From an uncultured bacterium (lineage in GTDB: Bacteria > Babelota > Babeliae > Babelales > Vermiphilaceae): DNA of 64,000 bases. How positions within the stretch are numbered: the stretch's first letter is position 1; each line of letters starts with the position of its first letter. Location of the stretch: the NCBI GenBank assembly GCA_963701645.1, contig OY969616.1, forward strand, positions 502,463 to 566,462, written 5' to 3'. A program made the translations under genes and the position numbers. Positions 37,422 to 45,968 of the stretch are shown piece by piece. Under the pieces are notes generated by a model. The model had not been told where the DNA came from, did no database searches, and saw only the letters and a program-made list of their open reading frames with translations.

Positions 37422-40400
37422 CTACGATTCCAACGCTTTTTTTACAGCTTTTAAAATTGGTTCTTTCTTTTTTTCCAAAAGTTCCTTTTTTGTGCGCAGC
37501 GATTCAAGATCAAAATAAAGATCGGGATCTTTACTTATTGTTGGATTTTTTGCCTCAAGTTCTTCAACTCTTTTTGTATGTATCTTTATTTGCGCATCAA
37601 ATAAGCTTGATATGGGATTAAGAGATTCATATAGCTGCGAATTGGTTATTTGTGTTGCAATGATTCTTTGCATTTTTAACAACATTTTTTTATTTGGTTC
37701 CATGATACAAAATTTAAAAAATGAAGTGAGGCAACTGTTAATAAGAGGTGTAATTTGTGCATCAAGACTTTCTGCTTTGTTATAAAAGGAAAGCATAATA
37801 TCTATTATATCAGCGTAACAATTTTGGAAAGTTAAGGGATTTTCCTTTTTAGCTAATGCATTTGTACGTGTATTAGCTATATCACTTGAAAAATATTTTT
37901 CTACGCTAGTTAAAAATAATGTTTCTATGTAGGGAAAAAATAGAGCTTTTTGTTCTGTTATAATTGTTTTTATACTTGGAATAAGAATTTCGTGAAGGAA
38001 TTCTGATATGGAACTATCGATGAAATTTGTAGTGATGTAGTGTACATTAAATAATCGTTTTGCAACGTATTCTGCCATGAAATATAAAGGGGTTTCTGGG
38101 ATGATATTTTTGTCTATTAATTTTGATAAAAAGGTGCCTGCCCCTTCAAAATTCATGCGACCTTTTATGGATTTTGCTTGAATTTGTTTATACAGTAATG
38201 GAAATAAGAAAGAGGTATTATTACTACGCATGATGTCAGTTGCAGTTCTCCATAGGTTACGTTGAACCTCATTGCTAAAAACGGATTGTATTCTTTGTTC
38301 TTTGTCTTCTTCCGTAAAAAAGTCAGTTTTTGTGTGGTGTAGTACTTGCAAATAGTTTACTTTATTAGTGCGAGGAAAAAGTTCTCCTTCCAGTGCTAAT
38401 TTTAAACAAGGAATAAGTGAATCAGGTATTGTTTGCAATTCAGAACTTGTCAAACTTTCAATGATAATAGCTTGTTGTACGTCTATAGGTTGGCTATTAA
38501 GCCATGTAGTAACGGTATCAAGAATAGAAACAAAGTGAGAGTCGGTAGCAAACTGTTCCCAATGGTGGTTAACAATAAATTTTAATACATCTGGATAAAC
38601 GAGCCCTTTTAAAGTTTGCTTTTTCTTTGAATCTGGTGGGAAACAAGAAAGTAATTTTTCCATGAGCGTGAGTGAATGCTCGCTCAAAATGTGTTCTTTT
38701 TTTGCAAAAGCACTTATCATTTCTCCGATAAGATAGAGATTTGGTGAGACTATAAATGAAGCAAGCATTTTTTCTGATGTGATGTTTAAAAATTTGTTAG
38801 GTTCAAATTCATTGCGCTTGATTGATATAGAAAGAAATTGACTTTGTATTTCAGATTTACTGATATTACTTGATAAGGCGACAAATAAAAGATAAGCACT
38901 ATCCAAAACTGTTTTACTTAAGTTCAGACGGCTTCCAAATTTCTCTTTAGCATAAGGGTAGCATGTTGTAAGATTTCGTATCGAAATATCTGAGATAATA
39001 AAGGGAAGAAGATGATCTAACATTGGTTCATGTCGATCGAATGATGTATTGGTATTTAAAAATTCTATGCCATTATGTCTCGTAGAAAAAGAAAGTGTGA
39101 ATGTTATGGGTATTTTATTGATAATTGTTTTTATCGTTATAAACCAAGTTTTATGGATGTTGTTTCTATAAAACTCTTCCCATATTTTTTTGTCATTCCC
39201 TGTGTCAAGATTTCCTGAACCAGTACAGTCAAAAACAGTACATAATTCTTCAAAAGATGTTATGTGAGTACCAAAAAAATGATTCACCATAGCAATATAA
39301 CTGCTTGGATATGGAGCAAGTTCAAAGAGTGTATAATTATCATCAACAAGTTCATGGGTGCCAAAGTCTTCTGTATAGATTTTATCAGGAAGAGGATGAA
39401 GAACTGGATTAGCACCATTTTTTTTGGCTTCTTCAGAACCATTGTTGTTAATTTTTTGTAAATATTTTATTCCTGGTATGTTGGTAAAAATATCTGTTAA
39501 TGCTTGGGCCATATTTGGATTAGATGCAATGAAAGCACTGGTATATTTTTTAAAAAATGCTTGTAGAGGAGCAATATTTTTTTGCATCAAATCTTGATCA
39601 AATGGAACATGTTGTACGTGAAAAAATTCTCTGATTTTTTGTGGTATAGCATCTGCATCAAACAGTGCATTTTCAAAATTATATGCTCCTATTTTTGCCA
39701 TAATAATGCGGAAGAATGACATAAGAGTTGCTTCTGCGCAGCTACTAAAAGTAGTATTTTTAATAATGACATTGAGCCAAGGTAATTTGGGGGGCAATAA
39801 TGATTGTAGATTGTGAATAGCTTCATAGGCAATTTGTTCGAAATTGGTAATGATAAAAAGAAGGAGGTTTTCTTTATCTTCTCCTTCTGCTACTTTTTCT
39901 TCTACTTTTTTTGATACATTGAGTGTATGATCTAATTTTCCTTCAAAAAATTTTTCGCTTTTTTCTTGTAAAATTGAAGGATCAAATTGCTTGAAATACA
40001 GTATAAAATCATCTTTTGTTTTTACTTTTTCATACAGCAGAGCGAGTAAGATCATGTGTGTTGTATAAGAGGGATAAATTGGCTCATAGTTTGTTGGAAT
40101 GAATCCACATTCTTTGAGTGATTCGACAATCATTTTGCTTACTTTTGGAACAGCAAGCCGCAATGCTTTAGATTGCTTTTTACTCTTTTCTTCCTCTATA
40201 GCTGTTTTGAAGTCGCCAACAAGGCTGATAATTTTGTCTCTATAGAGTTCCTTTTCTGTATCCTGTCTTTCTTCAAATAATTGGCGTATGTTTTTGTCAG
40301 GTAATGCGCTTAATTTTTGCATACTATTTTTCCAATTTTTTGGTGTAAAATTAAAAAATTGTTTTGTTTTTTTATTTTGCTGCAGTTTTTTTATGTAAGG

Positions 40401-40991
40401 AATTTGGTCAAGCAATATGAGTTCTTTACGAATGGCCTCCATTTTTGGCTCAAAGACGCCCATAAGAATATCTTGGATTTCCTGTTCCAGCATGGGGCCT
40501 CTTGCTTTTTCTGGATTTTCTTCTATGAGCGTTTCTGTCCGATCTATAGCGGCAACTATTTTTCCGATAACTTCAGGTGTAAAGTAAGTGGCAGGATTGG
40601 TTTTTGTTGTTGTTGGACCGAATTGGCCAGGAAGACGATAGAAAAAATTTAAAATGCAGAGCATAGTATTGTCTGCTTTTATGATTTTTTCGACTACCCC
40701 ATTCGCATCAAGTTCCACCGTTGCATTGCCCCAGACATAATATTTTTCAAGAAGCCCTGATTCTACCCAGATAAAACCATGAAAAGGGGACAGATACTTT
40801 TTTTCTTCAATGACTGCATCATACAAACCCCGTAGATCCCGTTTATCTGCAATGCGGGACAAGAGTGGTGAGATAACGGTGATGATAACCAAAAGAAAAA
40901 AATATGATTTTCTCTTTCTTATGAGGCTCCACGAGGAAAGAATGGAGAAAAAAAAGTATGATATATTACTATATTTTTGTGTCATAGCCAT
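37422..40991 (-). CDS. Giant-paralog family member 4 (1189 aa), a mosaic of member 3-like and member 2-like tracts
   Basis: First gene of the operon. FSSCAEATLMSFFR (Cys codon 39738-39740) and GTHELVD (His codon 39354-39356). The N-terminal 29 aa are encoded partly by a REP-like repeat. Confidence 0.9.
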   Translation of the reverse strand: MAMTQKYSNISYFFFSILSSWSLIRKRKSYFFLLVIITVISPLLSRIADKRDLRGLYDAVIEEKKYLSPFHGFIWVESGLLEKYYVWGNATVELDANGVVEKIIKADNTMLCILNFFYRLPGQFGPTTTKTNPATYFTPEVIGKIVAAIDRTETLIEENPEKARGPMLEQEIQDILMGVFEPKMEAIRKELILLDQIPYIKKLQQNKKTKQFFNFTPKNWKNSMQKLSALPDKNIRQLFEERQDTEKELYRDKIISLVGDFKTAIEEEKSKKQSKALRLAVPKVSKMIVESLKECGFIPTNYEPIYPSYTTHMILLALLYEKVKTKDDFILYFKQFDPSILQEKSEKFFEGKLDHTLNVSKKVEEKVAEGEDKENLLLFIITNFEQIAYEAIHNLQSLLPPKLPWLNVIIKNTTFSSCAEATLMSFFRIIMAKIGAYNFENALFDADAIPQKIREFFHVQHVPFDQDLMQKNIAPLQAFFKKYTSAFIASNPNMAQALTDIFTNIPGIKYLQKINNNGSEEAKKNGANPVLHPLPDKIYTEDFGTHELVDDNYTLFELAPYPSSYIAMVNHFFGTHITSFEELCTVFDCTGSGNLDTGNDKKIWEEFYRNNIHKTWFITIKTIINKIPITFTLSFSTRHNGIEFLNTNTSFDRHEPMLDHLLPFIISDISIRNLTTCYPYAKEKFGSRLNLSKTVLDSAYLLFVALSSNISKSEIQSQFLSISIKRNEFEPNKFLNITSEKMLASFIVSPNLYLIGEMISAFAKKEHILSEHSLTLMEKLLSCFPPDSKKKQTLKGLVYPDVLKFIVNHHWEQFATDSHFVSILDTVTTWLNSQPIDVQQAIIIESLTSSELQTIPDSLIPCLKLALEGELFPRTNKVNYLQVLHHTKTDFFTEEDKEQRIQSVFSNEVQRNLWRTATDIMRSNNTSFLFPLLYKQIQAKSIKGRMNFEGAGTFLSKLIDKNIIPETPLYFMAEYVAKRLFNVHYITTNFIDSSISEFLHEILIPSIKTIITEQKALFFPYIETLFLTSVEKYFSSDIANTRTNALAKKENPLTFQNCYADIIDIMLSFYNKAESLDAQITPLINSCLTSFFKFCIMEPNKKMLLKMQRIIATQITNSQLYESLNPISSLFDAQIKIHTKRVEELEAKNPTISKDPDLYFDLESLRTKKELLEKKKEPILKAVKKALES
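38323..38782. repeat. Partner of 31405-31864
   Basis: Same comparison as above. Looser similarity continues to about 39048. Confidence 0.9.
39071..39326. repeat. Partner of 35575-35830
   Basis: Same comparison as above. Confidence 0.9.
40046..40790. repeat. Partner of 36532-37276
   Basis: Same comparison as above. Confidence 0.92.
40905..40960. repeat. REP/RPE-like hairpin repeat copy lying inside the annotated 5' coding end of member 4
   Basis: ATGATTTTCTCTTTCTTATGAGGCTCCACGAGGAAAGAATGGAG matches the unit at 481-530. Hairpin CTCCA..TGGAG at 40927-40947. Confidence 0.7.
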
Positions 40992-41198
40992 TCCCAGTTT
41001 TCAAATTGAATTTATAAGAAAAGTAACATACGGGGTTTGCAAAAGTAAAGGGTTTTATACTGGGTAAAAAACAGTGGGAGGCACGAAAGAGATTGTTTTT
41101 TTTTACATATAGAGTATCCTTAGTTTTCGGAAGTAATTATGCAGATTAAGAGATAAAAATAAGTAATTTTGTATTTTAATATTCAGGATGAGGATTCC

Positions 41199-41435
41199 AT
41201 GCCAGTACCAAAACGTAAACGCTCGCGCACGCGCCGTGATAAGCGGTTTGCCAATAAAGGGTTAATACCACAAACATTTTCCAACTGTACCCAGTGTAGC
41301 AAGCCATGTGTGCCCCACGTTGTGTGTCAGTCTTGTGGATATTACAAGGGTGTCCTTGTGATAAAAGAGCACGTAAAAAAAGCTAAAAAAGTTGCACAGA
41401 AAAAATCAGCAAAATCTGCATCAGCAGAAGAATAA
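41199..41435 (+). CDS. rpmF: 50S ribosomal protein L32
   Basis: MPVPKRKRSRTRRDKR N-terminus and a CxxC...CxxC zinc ribbon (CTQCSKP..CQSCGYYKG). Lys-rich tail. Start trimmed from TTG 41169. Confidence 0.9.
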   Translation: MPVPKRKRSRTRRDKRFANKGLIPQTFSNCTQCSKPCVPHVVCQSCGYYKGVLVIKEHVKKAKKVAQKKSAKSASAEE

Positions 41436-41443
41436 CATCTGCC

Positions 41444-42529
41444 ATGGCGTTACGAGCAAAAAATTGCATTATTGCTGTCGATGCTATGGGGGGGGACTAT
41501 GCTCCGCAAGCTGTTATTGAGGGAGCACTTGCTGCCGCAGCTGAAGGTATCCCTGTTGTTTTGTTTGGTGATGAAAAAGTTATAGAGCAGCTGCTTTTTG
41601 GTTGTGATCAGGAATGGAAAAAACTGCCGCTGGAAATAGTGCATTGTACCGATGTTATTGCGATGGATGAGGAGCCAAGTAAGGCGGTCCTCAGAAAAAA
41701 AGATGCATCTTTAATTAAAGCAATGCACAGTGTTGTCAATGGCAGGACTCATGCAGTTGTGTCGGCAGGAAATTCGGGAGCGGTTTTAGTTGCCAGTACC
41801 GTTATTCTTGGCAGAACAGCAGGCGTGCTTAGGCCGGCAATCGGAGGTTTTTTACCAACGCAAAAAGGATCGGTCTTTTGCATAGATTTGGGGGCAAATA
41901 CTGATTGCAAAACAGAATACTTAGAGCAGTTTGCCTTTATGGGGCATGCGTATGTTTCTGTTGTGCATGGCATGACATCCCCCCGCATTGGTTTATTGTC
42001 TAATGGACATGAGCCCTATAAGGGGTCTGGAATTGTCAAAGAAGCATATGGTCGTCTGACGCAATCGAGTTTGAATTTTGTTGGCAATATCGAGGCACGT
42101 GATATTTTCAATGACAAAACTGACGTGCTCGTGTGTGATGGATTTTCAGGAAATATTATGCTTAAAACTGCGCAAGCAACAGCACGGGTGATGATGGACT
42201 GGCTCAAACAGGAAGCAGCTACATCGTGGTGGTCAAAAGCGGCACTTGGTTTGAGTGCGCCGCTGTTGAAAAAATTAAAATCAAAAACTGATTATAGTCG
42301 TATTGGTGGAGCGTTATTGTTAGGGGTACAACATCCAGTTATCACCGCGCATGGCAGTTCTAATGCACAAGCGATTGCCCACGCAATTTCTTTTGCCCAT
42401 GCAGTGGTACAAAAACAGATTATTAGGCGTTTTAATGAGAAACTGGTAGAGTTGTTGCATAAACAGAAAACATCTTTTTCGACGATGTTGGAACGTAAAG
42501 AACGATCATTATTGTCATGGGCACAGTAA
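41444..42529 (+). CDS. plsX: Phosphate acyltransferase PlsX
   Basis: IAVDAMGGDYAP, VSAGNSGA and GFSGNIMLKT motifs. Sits in the canonical position after rpmF. Confidence 0.95.
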   Translation: MALRAKNCIIAVDAMGGDYAPQAVIEGALAAAAEGIPVVLFGDEKVIEQLLFGCDQEWKKLPLEIVHCTDVIAMDEEPSKAVLRKKDASLIKAMHSVVNGRTHAVVSAGNSGAVLVASTVILGRTAGVLRPAIGGFLPTQKGSVFCIDLGANTDCKTEYLEQFAFMGHAYVSVVHGMTSPRIGLLSNGHEPYKGSGIVKEAYGRLTQSSLNFVGNIEARDIFNDKTDVLVCDGFSGNIMLKTAQATARVMMDWLKQEAATSWWSKAALGLSAPLLKKLKSKTDYSRIGGALLLGVQHPVITAHGSSNAQAIAHAISFAHAVVQKQIIRRFNEKLVELLHKQKTSFSTMLERKERSLLSWAQ

Positions 42530-42543
42530 CTGAAAGGTTTGTA

Positions 42544-43242
42544 ATGAAAAAAAATCATGTGTTGTCAGGAATACAAGAGACAGTAGAAGTAACCCGCACT
42601 GAAATAAAAAAGTATGTTTCTTTTGCATATGCACGCGAAATTTTTGCGGGCATTGCAGTTGTGTGTGTGGGAATCATGTGTTGGTATGGATTTTCGTGGT
42701 ATAAAGTGCGACAAAATCAGCGGGCACATATTGGGTTAAGCTTTTGCATAGAGGCGTATCATAAGGCTCAGTTGGAAGAAGGTGCTGATTTTAGTTCGGC
42801 GATACAGCTGTTTCGTGATGGATATGCAATTCATGGATCAAGTTCATTGGCGCCATTTTTTCTCGTTTATGAGGCGGATATTCTTTTGCAGCAGGGCAAT
42901 CGCCATGATGCAATTCCTGTTTTGAAAAAAGCGGTTGAAACTTTAGGGAATTCTCCTCTTGCGTATTTGTATAAAACGAAACACGCGCTTGTTATGATGG
43001 ACAGCAATGAAACTGATATCAAGCAGCAAGGTCTTGATGCTCTTCTTGCCTTAGCGCGAGAGCCAAAAAATCAGTACAGCGATAATGCACTCTATTTCCT
43101 TGGGCGATATTATGCAGTGAATAATCAAAGAGATGAAGCGCGGATGATTTGGCAGGAGCTTGCGGAAATTTATGAAGTGAATGGTGCTGATGCATCACCA
43201 TGGGCTGAACGCGCGTGGGAAGCACTTCGCCTGATGGTATAA
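42544..43242 (+). CDS. Membrane-anchored TPR-like protein (YfgM-like architecture)
   Basis: One TM helix (IFAGIAVVCVGIMCWYGF) followed by helical repeat-like sequence (ALYFLGRYYAVNNQRDEARMIWQEL). Start set to ATG 42544. Confidence 0.6.
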   Translation: MKKNHVLSGIQETVEVTRTEIKKYVSFAYAREIFAGIAVVCVGIMCWYGFSWYKVRQNQRAHIGLSFCIEAYHKAQLEEGADFSSAIQLFRDGYAIHGSSSLAPFFLVYEADILLQQGNRHDAIPVLKKAVETLGNSPLAYLYKTKHALVMMDSNETDIKQQGLDALLALAREPKNQYSDNALYFLGRYYAVNNQRDEARMIWQELAEIYEVNGADASPWAERAWEALRLMV

Positions 43243-43272
43243 AAAACAGTTTTTGCATAAAGGACGTTTGCC

Positions 43273-44709
43273 ATGCACGACAATATTCAGGTCCGTGTTC
43301 GTTTTGCGCCATCGCCAACAGGATATTTACATATTGGTGGATTGCGCACTGCATTTTTCAACTGGCTTTTTGCACGGCATACTAAGGGAGTAATCTTACT
43401 CCGCATAGAAGATACTGACCTTGAACGTTCGACAGCTGAATACCAAAAATCAATTCTTTTATCGTTGCACTGGGCACATTTGGAACCTGATGAGCCGATG
43501 GTTATCCAATCAGAACGATTTGATGAGCATGCAGCAGTAATTAAAAAATTACTTGATGAACAAAAAGTATATCGCTGCTATTGTACCGCAAAAGAAGAAG
43601 TTGTTCGGTATGAACAAGAAACTGGCGGAGATTTTTTTGTCCGCTATGATGGGCGATGTCGGAATTATAGACCAACGGCTGCCGATGAAGGAAAGCCGTA
43701 TGTTGTACGCTTTAAAATTCCCACGACCATATCCCATATTTCTTTCAATGATCTTATTCGTGGTCCGGTAATCTTTGAATTGGATCAGCTTGATGATTTT
43801 ATTATTGCGCGCTCTGATGGCCGACCAATGTACAATTTTGTTGTTGTTGTTGATGATGCGTGGATGCGTATTACGCACGTTATTCGCGGAGAAGATCATA
43901 TTTCAAATACACCAAAACAGATTCTCCTATACCACGCATGCGGATACACAGTTCCCCATTTTGCGCATGTTCCCCTTATTTTGGGACCAAGTGGTGACAG
44001 GTTGAGCAAGCGTGATGGAGCAACATCGGTTGAAGAGTACCGGAAAATGGGTTTTTTGCCGGAGGCGCTGCTGACGTATTTAGTCCGTCTTGGCTGGTCC
44101 CATGGTGATCAAGAAATTTTTAGTACTGGTGAACTTATTGCCTATTTTTCGCTTGAAGGCATTGGCAAAAAAGGATCTATTTTTGATCTTGAAAAATTAC
44201 AATGGGTCAACAGTATTTATATAAAGGCAGCGACGCCCGCGGATTTATATACACGTATGCAAGAAGATGTTATGCCATCACTGGCACAAAAGCTTACTTT
44301 ATGGAGCACAGAAAAAATATATCATGCCATTACATTATACCAAGATCGGGTGCATACCCTTGCGGAATTAGCGCATGCAGTTGTTGAGTTGCATGATGGT
44401 CCACAGGCATATATTCCCCTTGAACAAATGTTGTGGTCTGCTGATCCAGCAATTGGCCAATTAGTCAATAATGTTCGTCTTTATTTGGCAACGGAACAGG
44501 AGCTGCACCATGAACAGTTACAGGAAGCGGTAACGGAGTTGGTCAAAAAAGCAGGGAAGAAAATTGGAGCAGTTTCACAACCGCTGCGCATGGCTTTGAT
44601 AGGAAAAACATCAGGACCGGGCGTTTTTATGCTTATGAGTTTGTTAGGCTCACAAGAATGTATACGGCGCATTGACGCGCTCGATGCATATATGCAAACA
44701 AGGGGCTGA
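43273..44709 (+). CDS. gltX: Glutamyl-tRNA synthetase
   Basis: RFAPSPTGYLHIGGLRTA (HIGH) and DRLSKRDG (KMSKS-like). 478 aa. Confidence 0.97.
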   Translation: MHDNIQVRVRFAPSPTGYLHIGGLRTAFFNWLFARHTKGVILLRIEDTDLERSTAEYQKSILLSLHWAHLEPDEPMVIQSERFDEHAAVIKKLLDEQKVYRCYCTAKEEVVRYEQETGGDFFVRYDGRCRNYRPTAADEGKPYVVRFKIPTTISHISFNDLIRGPVIFELDQLDDFIIARSDGRPMYNFVVVVDDAWMRITHVIRGEDHISNTPKQILLYHACGYTVPHFAHVPLILGPSGDRLSKRDGATSVEEYRKMGFLPEALLTYLVRLGWSHGDQEIFSTGELIAYFSLEGIGKKGSIFDLEKLQWVNSIYIKAATPADLYTRMQEDVMPSLAQKLTLWSTEKIYHAITLYQDRVHTLAELAHAVVELHDGPQAYIPLEQMLWSADPAIGQLVNNVRLYLATEQELHHEQLQEAVTELVKKAGKKIGAVSQPLRMALIGKTSGPGVFMLMSLLGSQECIRRIDALDAYMQTRG

Positions 44710-44736
44710 AAAAAATAAAAAAAGAAGAGGTAGTTC

Positions 44737-45663
44737 ATGAAAGTAGTCTTTATTTTTCCTGGCTGCGGGAGTCAATTTGTTGGCATGACAAAAGAGTTGT
44801 ATGATACACACCGTATCATGCAGGAGTATTTTGAAGAAGCGTCAAACTGTTTAGATATTAATTTTGTCAAATTATGTTTTGCCTCATCTGATGCTGAACT
44901 TGCGAAAGTTTCTCATGCAACCACATCACTTTTTTTGGTATCTTCTGCTGTTGCAGCACTTTTGATGCAAGAAGAAATTACTCCTGCATTGCTTATTGGT
45001 TTTGATGATGGTCAGTATAGTGCATTGCACACCGCGTCAGCTATCAGTTTTCCCGATGGATTATATTTACTTGCAAAATATAGTGCCTTTTACGAAGATT
45101 TTTTGATCAATTTTAACGGTGGAGCTGCCATTGTGAAGGGATTGCCAACCCAAGTGTTAGAAGAGCTATGCCTGAAAGCAAGCATGGGTGAACGACAACT
45201 ATTTATTACCACGTATTTGACTGTTATTGAGCATATTGTCGCGGGCAGTCGGGTTGCTCTTGATCATTTATATGATCTGGCCAATTTGTACAGCACCGTA
45301 TCTCTTGATTATTATCCCGTGCAGGCAGGATTACATTCTCCGCTGATGCAATCGGTTGCAGACCAGCTTCGCGTGTATCTGGAAAAAATTGATTTTAAAG
45401 ATGTCAAAATTCCTTTTTTAAGTGGTCTGGATGGACACATGGTGAGCCACGGGGGAGAGGTAAAAAAACGAGTTATGGAACAAATTATTAGCCCACTTCA
45501 TTATACGAGCTTGCTTGATATGCTTGAGCAGTATGACATTATTGTTGAAATTGCCAGCAATACACCGCTCAAACACCTTATTCAAAGTCGTTATCCCAAT
45601 AAATCATTTATTACCGTGAAAAAACAGAGTGATCTAGAGGCATTGCAGGAATTGGTAAGGTAG
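44737..45663 (+). CDS. fabD: Malonyl-CoA:ACP transacylase homolog with a degenerate active site
   Basis: FIFPGCGSQFVGM (compare FPGQGSQ) and LHSPLM are conserved. GHSLGE is replaced by GFDDGQ (44998-45015). Confidence 0.8.
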   Translation: MKVVFIFPGCGSQFVGMTKELYDTHRIMQEYFEEASNCLDINFVKLCFASSDAELAKVSHATTSLFLVSSAVAALLMQEEITPALLIGFDDGQYSALHTASAISFPDGLYLLAKYSAFYEDFLINFNGGAAIVKGLPTQVLEELCLKASMGERQLFITTYLTVIEHIVAGSRVALDHLYDLANLYSTVSLDYYPVQAGLHSPLMQSVADQLRVYLEKIDFKDVKIPFLSGLDGHMVSHGGEVKKRVMEQIISPLHYTSLLDMLEQYDIIVEIASNTPLKHLIQSRYPNKSFITVKKQSDLEALQELVR

Positions 45664-45711
45664 TGTAGAGTAAAATACGCATATTAACGCTACATAACTG
45701 GAGATACCGCA

Positions 45712-45966
45712 GTGGCAGATTTTGATAAACATGACACGTATAATAAAGTAATTACTATTATTGCAGAAAAATTGGCAATTGATCCTGCATCAATTACGCC
45801 GCGCTCAACATTGCAAGAGCTTGGTGCTGACTCACTTGATATGGTAGAAATTATTATGAAAATCGAAGAGCTTTTTTCTATAGAAATTAATGATGAAGAA
45901 ATAGAAAAATGTCAGAACTTACAAGATGTTGTTGATTATGTCAATACCTTGCGCATGCAGAAATAA
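45712..45966 (+). CDS. acpP: Acyl carrier protein
   Basis: GTG start with a GGAG RBS. LGADSLDMVEIIM phosphopantetheine-attachment motif. 84 aa. Confidence 0.92.
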   Translation: MADFDKHDTYNKVITIIAEKLAIDPASITPRSTLQELGADSLDMVEIIMKIEELFSIEINDEEIEKCQNLQDVVDYVNTLRMQK

Positions 45967-45968
45967 TC

